64,000 nt of DNA, taken from positions 372,001 through 436,000 of IMG/VR virus record IMGVR_UViG_3300028654_000001. One strand, 5' to 3'. Both the position numbers and the translations under genes were made by a program. Shown here in pieces: positions 17,279-27,442 of the stretch. Below the pieces are notes generated by a model. The model made no database searches and was not told the origin of the DNA. It saw only the letters and a program-made list of their open reading frames with translations. The first letter of the stretch is position 1. Every line of letters begins with the position of its first letter.

Positions 17279-19560
17279 TTTGGAAGTAGCAAACCATAGA
17301 TATAAATGTCGACATCACCATCAGTGACAGTGCCAACAACCGTAATGTTGCAGTAGATAACCTGATTATAGTTATACACCGCCTCATAAGCATTCAAAGA
17401 AGTCATGCCTGAGCCGAGCGATGCAATAGCTTCTCCAGCAATGACTGTTAGTACGCTTGCCGAAGTAACTGTAACTGGATTGATGATTTGGGTACCACCC
17501 GAGGTCGAACCGATAGAAACAGTCACGTTACCTGCTCCAACAACCGCTACAGACAAGCGCAAAATACAACGAGTCAGAATAAATCTACCCGACCCAGTTG
17601 GAGAGGGGACCGTATAGATCCCAACTGTTCGAGTTCCAGCAGAAAACCCGACTCGGGAAGTTACTTGCAAGCCGGTGTCGCCCTGGAATCCTTGCCAACC
17701 CTGATTTCCTTGGTTTCCTTGAAATCCGAGGTTACCCTGATTTCCTTGAAATCCGATGTTGCCTTGAAATCCGATGTTACCCTGATTTCCTTGATTTCCG
17801 ATGTTGCCTTGGGATCCGATGTCACCCTGATTTCCTTGGTTTCCTTGGAATCCGATGTCACCCTGATTTCCTTGGAATCCGAGGTTGCCTTGGATTCCGA
17901 GGTTACCCTGATTTCCTTGGTTGCCTTGAAATCCGAGGTTACCCTGATTTCCTTGGTTGCCTTGGGATCCGAGGTTACCCTGATTTCCTTGGTTGCCTTG
18001 GGATCCGAGGTTACCCTGATTTCCTTGGAATCCGAGGTTACCTTGATTTCCTTGGAATCCGAGGTTACCCTGATTTCCTTGCCTACCCTGATTTCCTTGG
18101 TTTCCCTGAAATCCTGTTAGACCAGTTGCCCCAAAACCCCTCATCACTTGAGTCCCGGAACCACTATAAGCAACCGCTACGAATAACCCTCCCCCGTAAG
18201 TTACGGAAGTCCACCCTGATACCTGTGATGGGGTACTGTCAACCCAATTAATGCCATCACTGGACCTCATCACTTGAGTCCCGGAACCACCATTAGCAAC
18301 CGCTACGAATAATCCTCCCCCGTAAGTTACGGAAGCCCAAGTTGCAACCTGTGATGGGGTACTGTCAACCCAATTAATACCATCACTGGACCTCATCACT
18401 TGCGTTCCGGAACTACTATAAGCAACCGCTACGAACAATCCTCCCCCGTAAGCTACGGAAGTCCACCCTGATACCTGTGATGGGGTACTATTGAACCAAT
18501 TAATGCCATCACTGGACCTCATCACTTGAGTCCCAGAACCACTATAAGCAACCGCTACGAATAATCCTCCCCCGTAAGCTACGGAAGTCCACCATGACAC
18601 CTGTGATGGGGTACTATTGAACCAATTAATGCCATCACTGGACCTCATCACTTGAGTCCCAGAACCACTATAAGCAACCGCTACGAATAATCCTCCCCCG
18701 TAAGCTACGGAAGTCCACCATGACACCTGTGATGGGGTACTATTGAACCAATTAATGCCATCACTGGACCTCATCACTTGAGTCCCGGAACTACTATAAG
18801 CAACTGCTACGAACAATCCTCCCCCGTAAGCTACAGAAGTCCAAGCTGCAACCTGTGATGGGGTACTGTCAACCCAATTAGTACCATCACTGGACCTCAT
18901 CACTTGCGTCCCAGAACCACTATTAGCAACTGCTACGAATAACCCTCCCCCGTAAGCTACAGATTCCCAAGTTGCAACCTGTGATGGGGTACTGTCAACC
19001 CAAGTAATAACTATAGGGATACCTGCTAACCCTTGTCTACCCTGATTCCCTTGTCTACCCTGCCATCCTTGGTTACCTTGAGGACCCTGATTCCCTTGTC
19101 TACCCTGCCATCCTTGGTTACCTTGAGGACCCTGATTCCCTTGAACCCCTGATCCAATGATTCCCTGCCACCCTTGGTTCCCTTGGTTCCCTTGGTTCCC
19201 TTGGTTCCCAGACAATCCGGAATCCCCTTGCGAGCCTTGAACTCCTGTACCCTGGAAGCCCTGATTACCCTGGACTCCAATCAATCCGACGTCTCCTTGG
19301 TTTCCTTGGTTCCCCTGATTGCCCTGCCATCCTTGCGGGCCTTGTGATCCTTGGTTCCCTTGGAATCCGATGTTACCTTGCCAACCCTGATTTCCCTGAT
19401 CTCCCGTCCCTTGGAAGCCCTGGACTCCTTGAGATCCGGTTGACCCAACATCTCCCTGATGCCCTTGGTTTCCTTGAGAGCCAGTTAACCCGGTGAGACC
19501 TTGGTTTCCCTGCCAACCTTGGTTGCCTTGGTCTAATTTCAGTTTGTTGACAAGATACAT
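17275..19560 (-). CDS. Collagen-like fibre protein with internal 7-repeat beta-propeller
   Basis: G-x-Q triplet tracts flank seven 42-aa WxxSxPSQVxxWxSVxYGGGLFVAVA repeats; C-terminal beta domain. Confidence 0.85.
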   Translation of the reverse strand: MYLVNKLKLDQGNQGWQGNQGLTGLTGSQGNQGHQGDVGSTGSQGVQGFQGTGDQGNQGWQGNIGFQGNQGSQGPQGWQGNQGNQGNQGDVGLIGVQGNQGFQGTGVQGSQGDSGLSGNQGNQGNQGNQGWQGIIGSGVQGNQGPQGNQGWQGRQGNQGPQGNQGWQGRQGNQGRQGLAGIPIVITWVDSTPSQVATWESVAYGGGLFVAVANSGSGTQVMRSSDGTNWVDSTPSQVAAWTSVAYGGGLFVAVAYSSSGTQVMRSSDGINWFNSTPSQVSWWTSVAYGGGLFVAVAYSGSGTQVMRSSDGINWFNSTPSQVSWWTSVAYGGGLFVAVAYSGSGTQVMRSSDGINWFNSTPSQVSGWTSVAYGGGLFVAVAYSSSGTQVMRSSDGINWVDSTPSQVATWASVTYGGGLFVAVANGGSGTQVMRSSDGINWVDSTPSQVSGWTSVTYGGGLFVAVAYSGSGTQVMRGFGATGLTGFQGNQGNQGRQGNQGNLGFQGNQGNLGFQGNQGNLGSQGNQGNQGNLGSQGNQGNQGNLGFQGNQGNQGNLGIQGNLGFQGNQGDIGFQGNQGNQGDIGSQGNIGNQGNQGNIGFQGNIGFQGNQGNLGFQGNQGNQGWQGFQGDTGLQVTSRVGFSAGTRTVGIYTVPSPTGSGRFILTRCILRLSVAVVGAGNVTVSIGSTSGGTQIINPVTVTSASVLTVIAGEAIASLGSGMTSLNAYEAVYNYNQVIYCNITVVGTVTDGDVDIYIYGLLLPN
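17680..18117 (-). repeat. Collagen-like G-N-Q/G-F-Q 9-bp-unit repeat tract
   Basis: Direct repeats such as ccctgatttccttgg and ccgaggttaccctg. Confidence 0.9.
18139..19002 (-). repeat. Seven 126-bp tandem repeats (beta-propeller blades)
   Basis: Near-identical 126-bp units; units 3 and 4 give identical translations. Confidence 0.95.
19022..19527 (-). repeat. Collagen-like G-x-Q repeat tract (N-terminal)
   Basis: GNQGWQGRQGNQGPQ repeats. Confidence 0.9.
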
Positions 19561-19593
19561 TAACGCCTCCCGTCGAGTTATGCCGAATATGAT

Positions 19594-20310
19594 TTATCTG
19601 GGATTTGCGTATGTGAACTGACAGGAGAACGCCGCGGTCGCTCCAGAACCTCGAACCCAGAAAGAAGAAACAATGCCGTCAAATCCAATACTCTCTTGGC
19701 TTGAGGCTTGACCTGGAACAATGATCTCAGGACCCCCCTCTTGGAAGGCTATGTACAGATCAGCTGAAGCACTCAAATTTCTAACTCTGAAGTTAGACAT
19801 CTGTCGTGGTAGGTCAATCTGTAGTGAATCAGAGATAGAAGACCCAGACGGAGCTGTAGAGTTGAACCCAGATTGCTCGTTACCTACAAACGGTGGTAAG
19901 ACTAGCGTAGGAGCACTCGGGGCCGGGTCCGTCATGTCTGCACCCGTCGAATCCACATAAACCAGCTTCAACCAAAAGTGACCAGAATCCGGTAGTGGAT
20001 AAGTATACGGACTTAGGTCTACTGGAGGGCTTACAGGTGGTGGGTTGTTCGGAAGCGCCGACGGCTTCAAAAGGATCTGTACGTTATTACCAGCTATGAT
20101 GGGATTCTGAAGCCTGGCTACTGCTGGATCAACAAACCCAGTATTAGGGACAGTAATCACTGGAGCTGGAGCTGTGAAGTTGGGATCATCATTGACATCA
20201 GTGTAAAGGCGATACTTCACAACTCCAGTGGACACGGAGTCCAACAATGGAGTTATTAGATGAATGAAGCCTGGCTTGCGTCGTATGATTGAAAAAGTGC
20301 GTCCGCTCAT
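19594..20310 (-). CDS. Hypothetical Pro-rich virion-like protein
   Basis: 238-aa ORF with beta-rich C-terminal domain. Confidence 0.65.
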   Translation of the reverse strand: MSGRTFSIIRRKPGFIHLITPLLDSVSTGVVKYRLYTDVNDDPNFTAPAPVITVPNTGFVDPAVARLQNPIIAGNNVQILLKPSALPNNPPPVSPPVDLSPYTYPLPDSGHFWLKLVYVDSTGADMTDPAPSAPTLVLPPFVGNEQSGFNSTAPSGSSISDSLQIDLPRQMSNFRVRNLSASADLYIAFQEGGPEIIVPGQASSQESIGFDGIVSSFWVRGSGATAAFSCQFTYANPR

Positions 20311-20723
20311 GATGTCACCACCTGTGGGCTTTTGATAAGAGAGTCATAGGTCGACGCAGAAGCATCCCCCTTCTCTTTACGAGCTAGTTCTTGAGCCTCT
20401 TTCCAAGTTCCAGTCTCTACTCCATCAAAGTTTGGTTGTAGGCTTGCCTTGAAAACATGATCCCTCTCTCTTCTGCCAACCTCTTCGCGCCGCTTCTTAC
20501 GGTAAGCATTTTCCTTAATGGACTTGGTAGCCCATCCGCCAGACTCCCCTTCTTTCAAGATAAAACCTAAGTTTCCAGGGGAAAACCCAATATTAGCTGG
20601 TAGTCCGCAGTTGTTACAGTGGATCTCTTTCTTCTCAGCTTTGATGGAATCATACTCAGAATAGGAGAGGCGTTGGTCTCTTGTAGTTCCACACTCATGA
20701 CATTCTACAACATAGGTTGGCAT
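20307..20723 (-). CDS. FmdB-family zinc-ribbon protein
   Basis: MPTYVVECHECG...HCNNCG; likely start is ATG at 20723 after GAGGA. Confidence 0.75.
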   Translation of the reverse strand: MPTYVVECHECGTTRDQRLSYSEYDSIKAEKKEIHCNNCGLPANIGFSPGNLGFILKEGESGGWATKSIKENAYRKKRREEVGRRERDHVFKASLQPNFDGVETGTWKEAQELARKEKGDASASTYDSLIKSPQVVTS

Positions 20724-20736
20724 CTGATCCTCATTT

Positions 20737-21588
20737 TCATTTACCCCTCTTGCGAGTGGGGATTGACCACTTTCTTGAGTGGCCAATAACAGCGGCAACG
20801 TGCTTACATACACGATTGATCCTAGTAGGATCTTTTATGTCAGGGGTCGAAGCGGTACCTACTGGCTTACCATCGAGGTACTGATCTTGCTTCGCGTGAT
20901 ACTCAGACCCAAGCCACCTCCAAGCTTTGCAAGAACAGGAAAATAAAACATCCATCCTCGCCAGAGCTGTGATATTACCCTTTCTAGCGGCTTTGAGCCG
21001 AACCATCTTGGGGCCATTCCCACAATCAACAGTAAAGATCCACCGAAGATTGGTAACGTCGACCCGCTTGACTCCAACAGAACAGGTACGAGCCTTGATT
21101 CGAACCTTTGGATTAAGTCCCTCTTCAATATCAGAAATCTTGGTAGCTACTCGAATTGGACTCTCGAGGGGAACCCTGACCTCGTGAGCAGTCCGAAGAA
21201 GATACAACTGCACCACGTCCTCGATGAGAGCCGCGTTATGGCGGTTAGGGATCCCATCTCTATAGGGGTAGTGGGTTTCGTTGTAGTCCTTGTCAATGCG
21301 AGGGCCTGGCCTGTTGTAAGTAGGCTTGGCTTCTGAGTGATCTATTTCGTCACCTTTACTCTGATCCTTCAGGAGATCGTCAGCATCATCAACCTTGTAC
21401 ATTGAAGAATCCTCAACGTTAGGTTGCCTGGCATCCTCCTCAGACGGTTTTGCAAAGGTGGACTCCCCAGGGATATCCGAGTCTAGGGACACACCTTTAT
21501 CCGAAGGCCCTGTTCCAGGGAGACCCGACTCCGCTACGGGAGTACCCCCAGCTGCATACGGGGGACGGAGCACCAGAGGTTGGTTCAT
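20737..21588 (-). CDS. SWIM-type zinc-finger protein
   Basis: FSCSCKAW...RVCKHVAAV. Confidence 0.75.
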   Translation of the reverse strand: MNQPLVLRPPYAAGGTPVAESGLPGTGPSDKGVSLDSDIPGESTFAKPSEEDARQPNVEDSSMYKVDDADDLLKDQSKGDEIDHSEAKPTYNRPGPRIDKDYNETHYPYRDGIPNRHNAALIEDVVQLYLLRTAHEVRVPLESPIRVATKISDIEEGLNPKVRIKARTCSVGVKRVDVTNLRWIFTVDCGNGPKMVRLKAARKGNITALARMDVLFSCSCKAWRWLGSEYHAKQDQYLDGKPVGTASTPDIKDPTRINRVCKHVAAVIGHSRKWSIPTRKRGK

Positions 21589-23192
21589 TCTTTTTCAGCT
21601 AGTTCCTGAGCTCTATCCTCAAGAGCACTCTTGAGCTTCTGATGGGCTGCACGAGTTTTGCTCTTCACAATCTTGGACAACTCATTGAGAGTCTTCTCAT
21701 CCTTGAAACAAGGGTCCCAATCCCCATCCCAGGTACCAACCCCAGCACCCTCAGCCTCCATGAAGTATAAGTACCCAGCACCACCTCTGAGTTCGGATAA
21801 CACCCCAACCACATCATCAGCATCAGTACAGCCCTTGAGGGGGCCTTTTTCAAGATCTAACTTGGACAGGTTTCCCTTCGCCCAGTCTTTCAGAACTCTC
21901 TCAACAGCATCATCGTAAGCACGAGCCGCACTCTTGATCTCTGAGTTCAACGTTGCCGATGATCGGTCAGATTCAATGTTCTCGAGCTCCATCTCCAAGA
22001 GACCCTCTAGCGTCTCTGCATCATTGATGGTGGAAGACTTGAGCATAGCCAGCCGAACATAGTGACGAGCTGTCTTCTCAGGCTTCAGCAGGTTACCTAT
22101 CTCAGAGGTGAGCCAGTTGACTACTTGCTCTGAGTAGTTCGATCTTGGGACTGGAATTGTCCCGTAAGGAGCATCCAGGGTTGCGATCCCAGAGGTTTCA
22201 TTAGAAGCAATGTTCAAGGTGAGTGCTGCCTTAACAGACTCTGTCGTGCCAGGAGGAGTAATCTCGAGGACAGTGTAATTCCCGTAGTCCCAACCCCGGG
22301 GCATAATGGTATCACTCTTGATAATCTTGACTTGAGTCCCCCTGCCAATACGAGTCTTCAACAACTTAATGTACTTAGCAGTGAGGGGTCTCGGGAGGTA
22401 CTCCCGATCCTTCACCAGGTAGTCATACCCGGCAGCTTCTTTGGCTATCGCCAATTGAACATAGTGGCGAGCAGTGAACCCAAACCCTAATTGAAGAGGG
22501 TTCTCCTCCTCCAACGCCTTAGGAATCTTAGGAGCCTTGAGGTTGTTCTTCGAGAGAACGTTGATTGCATCGGCCATCAACTTGCAACAATCTCGGAACT
22601 TCCCCAGCTTACTTGGACTTGTCAGACTATCCGGGAGATCTGACTCAACCCTATGGAACAGTCCTAGAGCTTCACTGATAGCTTCGGGGTCATCCTTCGG
22701 ACTCTTCTCTGAGTCGAACAGCTTGGCGAAGTCCTTGACAGCTTTTGTCAGTTCTGTCTCCCGAGTTACCTGTTCATTGATATCCAAGGTGTCTGCTAGG
22801 TAATCCAAACTCTTGTGAAGACTATTGTAGATGTCGTACACTACCGACATACTAACTGACTTCTTTTGCTCGAGTTCTTTCTCGAAGTCAGTATCGGACA
22901 CAAGAAGCTTCATACCTTTGACTTCAGCTTCAGCCTTGTCCCCTGCACGCTCCTTCTCGAGAGTCTTAACAACTTCCTCAATGTACTCCTTCTCATTCCT
23001 GAGAGACACCGTAACCGAGAAGATGGTGTCTCTCAGGTACTGAAGAGCAGTCTTTTCCCTTTTTACCACATCAAGGATCACTGGCTTTGATGGGATCTTA
23101 GCCGGAGCTTTCTTGGGAGCTCGCTTCCTTGCCGCCGCTGCTACGCGCTCGGCAAGGAGAATATCTTGAAAGTCACTGAGAAGGTTTGCCAT
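21585..23192 (-). CDS. Modular hypothetical protein (probable internal head protein)
   Basis: Start at ATG 23192; N-terminal ERVAAA motif; duplicated TARHYVxLA linker. Confidence 0.7.
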   Translation of the reverse strand: MANLLSDFQDILLAERVAAAARKRAPKKAPAKIPSKPVILDVVKREKTALQYLRDTIFSVTVSLRNEKEYIEEVVKTLEKERAGDKAEAEVKGMKLLVSDTDFEKELEQKKSVSMSVVYDIYNSLHKSLDYLADTLDINEQVTRETELTKAVKDFAKLFDSEKSPKDDPEAISEALGLFHRVESDLPDSLTSPSKLGKFRDCCKLMADAINVLSKNNLKAPKIPKALEEENPLQLGFGFTARHYVQLAIAKEAAGYDYLVKDREYLPRPLTAKYIKLLKTRIGRGTQVKIIKSDTIMPRGWDYGNYTVLEITPPGTTESVKAALTLNIASNETSGIATLDAPYGTIPVPRSNYSEQVVNWLTSEIGNLLKPEKTARHYVRLAMLKSSTINDAETLEGLLEMELENIESDRSSATLNSEIKSAARAYDDAVERVLKDWAKGNLSKLDLEKGPLKGCTDADDVVGVLSELRGGAGYLYFMEAEGAGVGTWDGDWDPCFKDEKTLNELSKIVKSKTRAAHQKLKSALEDRAQELAEKE

Positions 23193-23299
23193 AGTACCTG
23201 TTTCCAACTTTGGAGTCTATAACCAAGGAAAAGTCCTTAACGAACTCCCCAGTCACATTCATAGATACTCCCGATTACGAAGCGAGCCTGATGAGTCGC

Positions 23300-24187
23300 T
23301 TACTGATGTTTGTCTTTTACGACATCTTTGTTGGTTTCCCAATGATCGGCAATCTCATCGAGTTGATCCTTGGTCAGTGCTGGATTGGACTTCTTGAACC
23401 CATCAATTACATCCTGCCTGGTTGTTGCTTGGATCTGACCCATGGCCTCAACAGCTTCCTGAGCCGTCTGAGAGAGGGCCATTCGAACCATGCTCAGTCG
23501 ATAGCTGGCATCCTTGGGTGAGATTCGAGCTCCCTCGATCTCGTCAGCAATTCGACGAAGGGCTCCGGCAACGTGTGACTTAGAAGCTGCTTTGAACATT
23601 CGATGATTTCCTTGGTTTGAAGTAACAGATGACTTACGTCTGAGTTTTTTGAGAGCTGCCTCAGCATCCTCAAGAATAGAGTCAGCTACGCCTCGTTGAC
23701 TAGGTGGAATGCTCTTCTTCAACTCAATGGCTTTAGCTAGGATATCCTCGAGACTATCTTCCACCTTGTTGAAATCTTGAATGGTCAGAGCCGCAGCAGT
23801 CTTGGGTTGCTCTGGCCTTGGTTGAATAAAGGGGGATCTACGATCAATCTGCTTGATCCTGGTATCTCTTAGGACACCCTCCAACTCCTCCACCTTCTCA
23901 GGCTTGAGTTGCTCCTTCAGCTCTTCGTAATCAAGCCTGGATGCTGCAAGGGCCGTGGCCGCAAGAGCCTTATCTAGCTTGAATAGACTCTCTGGGATCC
24001 CATAAATGGTGTCTCCAGCCACCTCGTAGAAGTTATCCCGGTGCGGTGACATAGAGATCAACCGTACAGCTTGGCTGACGAAGTTCTTCAATTGCTCGCA
24101 ACGAAGGCGAGCATCCGTTAATTCCTCCATAATGTAGATTAACGCACCAGCTTCCTTGTTAGTGCTTGTAGGTTTGTCCGAGTCCAT
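23300..24187 (-). CDS. Hypothetical helical protein
   Basis: 295-aa ORF with KTAAA and KAAS motifs. Confidence 0.7.
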   Translation of the reverse strand: MDSDKPTSTNKEAGALIYIMEELTDARLRCEQLKNFVSQAVRLISMSPHRDNFYEVAGDTIYGIPESLFKLDKALAATALAASRLDYEELKEQLKPEKVEELEGVLRDTRIKQIDRRSPFIQPRPEQPKTAAALTIQDFNKVEDSLEDILAKAIELKKSIPPSQRGVADSILEDAEAALKKLRRKSSVTSNQGNHRMFKAASKSHVAGALRRIADEIEGARISPKDASYRLSMVRMALSQTAQEAVEAMGQIQATTRQDVIDGFKKSNPALTKDQLDEIADHWETNKDVVKDKHQ

Positions 24188-24219
24188 TGAACAGTGGATG
24201 CTACAAGAAGATTAGGGGA

Positions 24220-24963
24220 TCAAGAATCCTCTGGCCTAACCACTTTCTTGGATCTGGATCTTCGGTTAGCCTCACGGCGCCTAATCCTACGTAGAGCTTC
24301 CTCTGGAGAACACTGAGTGTCTCTTTCCAGCGCTTTTGTTGCTTGTACAGCCCTGCCTTTGGCAAGGGCTTCAGCATTCCCAGCTAGCCATACTGGATTA
24401 TCAGAACGACGTGCTATACCCTCTGAGTGCTTCAATCTAAATTCTGGATCCTTATGCAGTTTCTGGAGTGTTGCAGAGTTTTTCTCTTTCCACTCCTGGC
24501 TCTCATGCATACGTCGTAATTGCTCCAGGTTATTCCGCACCCACTCAGGATCACTCAACCTCTTTTTAGCACCCTCAAACTGTGCAGCCTTCCATGTAGA
24601 GGTGGAGGAAGACTTACGAACCGCGGCATCATGCCTCTCGCGTACAACTGGTTGAGAAGAATCATAACCTTCCCCACCAGCGCTCAGATTATACCCTTTT
24701 GGACTAAGAGAAGAATATGATCTTATGAGCCTAATCTCTGCATCAACTAGATCAGAACGAGACCCAATCACAGTTTCTAAGCACTCGATACTAAACTTGT
24801 CCGAACCATACTTCTTGATGGCCCTATACAAGGGATGGGTACTATCCTTCTTGGATGCCCAACGGTGTTGTCGCCACCGTTGGGCAATTGAGACAGAAGT
24901 TTGGCCAATGTACACCTTGCCGTTAACAGTGTTGGTAATACGGTAGATGTACCCGGCTATCAA
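24220..24963 (-). CDS. GIY-YIG homing endonuclease
   Basis: GYIYRITNTVNGKVYIGQT..R..H..E..GYNL; SD GAGGTGG. Confidence 0.9.
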   Translation of the reverse strand: MIAGYIYRITNTVNGKVYIGQTSVSIAQRWRQHRWASKKDSTHPLYRAIKKYGSDKFSIECLETVIGSRSDLVDAEIRLIRSYSSLSPKGYNLSAGGEGYDSSQPVVRERHDAAVRKSSSTSTWKAAQFEGAKKRLSDPEWVRNNLEQLRRMHESQEWKEKNSATLQKLHKDPEFRLKHSEGIARRSDNPVWLAGNAEALAKGRAVQATKALERDTQCSPEEALRRIRRREANRRSRSKKVVRPEDS

Positions 24964-24972
24964 GTCACCACC

Positions 24973-26265
24973 TCAGGACTGGAAAGCCTCAGGGAACTCT
25001 TCTAGCAGTAATCGTTTGAAATCATCACTCTCAGAGGCGAAGATTGCACGAATCACCCCATAGTTTTTCTCGAACTTGAAGCGAATCAAGGCTAACCTAC
25101 GCTTCCAGTGATCATTGAAGTCATACTCGTCTGGGAACTCACTGCAAATCATCTTGGCAGTCATCCGACGAGCATCAGCCGTACCATCTCGCTCAATGTG
25201 TGAGGGCTGCTCTTCCGGATACTCCTCTTCTCGGCTTGGAGCTTGAGCTTTCTCAGGCTGTGCCACAGGGGTGACACCCGGGAAGGCCTTCTTTGGCCCG
25301 TTGGTGTTCCTGAAGGTCATGCCCTCAGCTTGAACGACCGATTGCTGTGGGACGCTATCCGACCCCGAGGCATCGAATATCTCCGTTCCACCACCGGTGG
25401 TGACCCCAACACTGACACCTTCCACAGTCTTAGGTTGAACTGCTGAAGCTATCCTAGCCACCTGACGCGGCTCAGAAGCTACCGTAGTTCTGGCCTTGGG
25501 CTCTTGACGCTTGGGTTGAGTCTGGTTGTTCACAGCCAGGTTAGTAGTCTGAGCCGGGGGTGGGACATAACCAACAAGTCTGGTTAGGACATCCGCTTTC
25601 CTAGCTTCCTTAGACGCCTGGTGAGCCTCTCTCTCATCCTCAGTCATCGCAGCTAGAAGTTGTTCTTCGGTGATCCCTTGACCAGGCTGAATCTTAACTT
25701 GGTTTGCCTGACTAATAGCAGCCCCAACAGTGTTAGGAGTTACCTGCAGAGCTGACTTGGCTGGCGTCTGAAGGATTCGATTGACCTCAACTCCAAATTC
25801 AGAACCACCCACATCTGGGGCATTACCGCGAGCCACAAAAGCCCCAGCCCTACCTTGTTGAGCCCTTGCCTGGATTGTCTGTTGTTGAGCTGCAGCAGTC
25901 CGCTCTCCGCGGTTCATAACTACACGCTCATCAGACTCAACAACGGCAGCTGCAACTCTCTTTGGAGGAGACAGAGGATTCTGACCTAGATCGTTGGCGG
26001 GCCGGAACCCTATGTTGGCTGAGATGTTTGGTGAGATCCCTGCTTCAGGATCATACTGATCCTCTAACACCATCCAACCAAGACGGACAGCTCCACGAAG
26101 AGTCGGTAAAACCATGCGGGAGCCGTTGAGTTCGGCGTTAGTACCATCAAACAGGATTTCCATCCCGTCTAGTACCTTTTGCCCCGAATTACCAAGCTCA
26201 AAGCTCTTGGTGGTTATGTATTTCTCCATCTGACCTGGTCTATATCTAATCTGATCGGTTGGCAT
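24973..26265 (-). CDS. Hypothetical protein (Ala/Gln/Pro-rich centre)
   Basis: 430-aa ORF with SD AGGAG. Confidence 0.75.
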   Translation of the reverse strand: MPTDQIRYRPGQMEKYITTKSFELGNSGQKVLDGMEILFDGTNAELNGSRMVLPTLRGAVRLGWMVLEDQYDPEAGISPNISANIGFRPANDLGQNPLSPPKRVAAAVVESDERVVMNRGERTAAAQQQTIQARAQQGRAGAFVARGNAPDVGGSEFGVEVNRILQTPAKSALQVTPNTVGAAISQANQVKIQPGQGITEEQLLAAMTEDEREAHQASKEARKADVLTRLVGYVPPPAQTTNLAVNNQTQPKRQEPKARTTVASEPRQVARIASAVQPKTVEGVSVGVTTGGGTEIFDASGSDSVPQQSVVQAEGMTFRNTNGPKKAFPGVTPVAQPEKAQAPSREEEYPEEQPSHIERDGTADARRMTAKMICSEFPDEYDFNDHWKRRLALIRFKFEKNYGVIRAIFASESDDFKRLLLEEFPEAFQS

Positions 26266-26323
26266 CTGATCTCCTATAAGGGGTGTTTACTTACCCGATA
26301 ACTATAGGAGTCCTATAAACAAG

Positions 26324-27025
26324 TTATCCCTCACGGGGCTCCAGAGGATTGCAAAATTCACACGATGCCTTTGGCTTCTTGTGCCACCTCAAGTGAGTAT
26401 AGTACCGACCATTTTTAGACAATTCTTCGGGGTCAACCTCTCTTGGACCCTTCAAAGTACTACCCCTAAGAATGTTCATTTCATCAAAAGTCAGAAATTC
26501 TTTGATGTCTAGATCAGAGTTTAGCAACCACTCAATGACCCGCCCCTTCAACTCACGACGTCTTTCAGACCGAAATCTCTCAGTTTTTAGAATTCGAATC
26601 AAGGAGTCGTAAATAACAGTAGGGAGTTCCTTCAACTTCTCATCCCATGCAGAAGATAAGGAATGACTGATCTCAACGCGGTTGCCTCTAGGTAGGGATC
26701 CTCCAAACTCCCAAAGCTGCACCTCTTCTAATGAGGAATATCCAAGTTCCACCCTACACTCATTAATGAATGACAACAACCTAGAGGACAGTTTGAAAAA
26801 CTCTCTGAGGTAGGTTATACGCTCACTTTCAAACCGAGAGTGAACCTGCTTTTCTGAAAATTTGGTCCAAGCAAGAAAGGCCACCCTCCTGTAGCTAGCT
26901 GACCGTATACTCGATACTCTCGAACTGATACAGTTACTTGTACCAATCTTGAGTACTTCTGGCTCAACCAAAACAAAGTAAGTCCCACCAAAGTTTGGGG
27001 CTGGAAGGTCTACTAAGTCATTCAT
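26324..27025 (-). CDS. T5orf172/MUG113-like GIY-YIG domain protein
   Basis: TYFV..VLKIGTS..SRVSSI..EKQVHSRF..REFF. Confidence 0.7.
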   Translation of the reverse strand: MNDLVDLPAPNFGGTYFVLVEPEVLKIGTSNCISSRVSSIRSASYRRVAFLAWTKFSEKQVHSRFESERITYLREFFKLSSRLLSFINECRVELGYSSLEEVQLWEFGGSLPRGNRVEISHSLSSAWDEKLKELPTVIYDSLIRILKTERFRSERRRELKGRVIEWLLNSDLDIKEFLTFDEMNILRGSTLKGPREVDPEELSKNGRYYTHLRWHKKPKASCEFCNPLEPREG

Positions 27026-27037
27026 TAGGTTTAACGA

Positions 27038-27074
27038 ACACAGCTCTGGTATGACAGGTATACCAGAGCTGTGT
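27038..27074. repeat. Perfect 15-bp inverted repeat (hairpin) between HU and the T5orf172 gene
   Basis: ACACAGCTCTGGTAT-gacaggt-ATACCAGAGCTGTGT. Confidence 0.8.
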
Positions 27075-27088
27075 CACGAACAGGATTA

Positions 27089-27442
27089 TTAGTCCTTTGC
27101 GGCCTTCTTGGTCGCCTTCTTGGTGGCTGGCTTCTCTACAGGAACAATCACGCCTGTATCGACCTTGATCGCCTTCAGGAAACGAGCCTTGAGCTTCTTC
27201 GAAGCAGGCTTCGCCGGCACAGTCATGGTAGCACCGGTTGCTGGGTTACGAGCGGTACGGGCTGCTTTGGGGCCAACCTTAACCAACACGAACTTGACCA
27301 CACCCGGAATCACGAACTTCTGTTCTTTCTTCAGGGTCTTGCCGGCAACTGTGACTAGAGCACCCAAAAAGGCCCGCACGTGGGTCTTGGTGGTGTTTTC
27401 CATTTCGGCTGAGATGGCATTGATGAGCTGAGTTTTCGTCAT
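27089..27442 (-). CDS. hup: HU family histone-like DNA-binding protein
   Basis: MTKTQLINAIS...IPGVVKF..KAARTARNPATG..VPAKPASKKLKARFLK; Lys/Ala tail; start at ATG 27442 after AGGAAG. Confidence 0.9.
   Translation of the reverse strand: MTKTQLINAISAEMENTTKTHVRAFLGALVTVAGKTLKKEQKFVIPGVVKFVLVKVGPKAARTARNPATGATMTVPAKPASKKLKARFLKAIKVDTGVIVPVEKPATKKATKKAAKD

Noticed and set aside
17488-18251. Plus-strand repetitive ORFs (210 and 217 aa)
   Set aside because: Shadows of the collagen 9-bp repeats.
18139-19002. 126-bp repeats as a CRISPR array or DGR template/variable pair
   Set aside because: The repeats are contiguous, in-frame coding units without spacers. Differences are not adenine-specific (e.g. 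TGG versus GGG), and no reverse transcriptase is present in the window.
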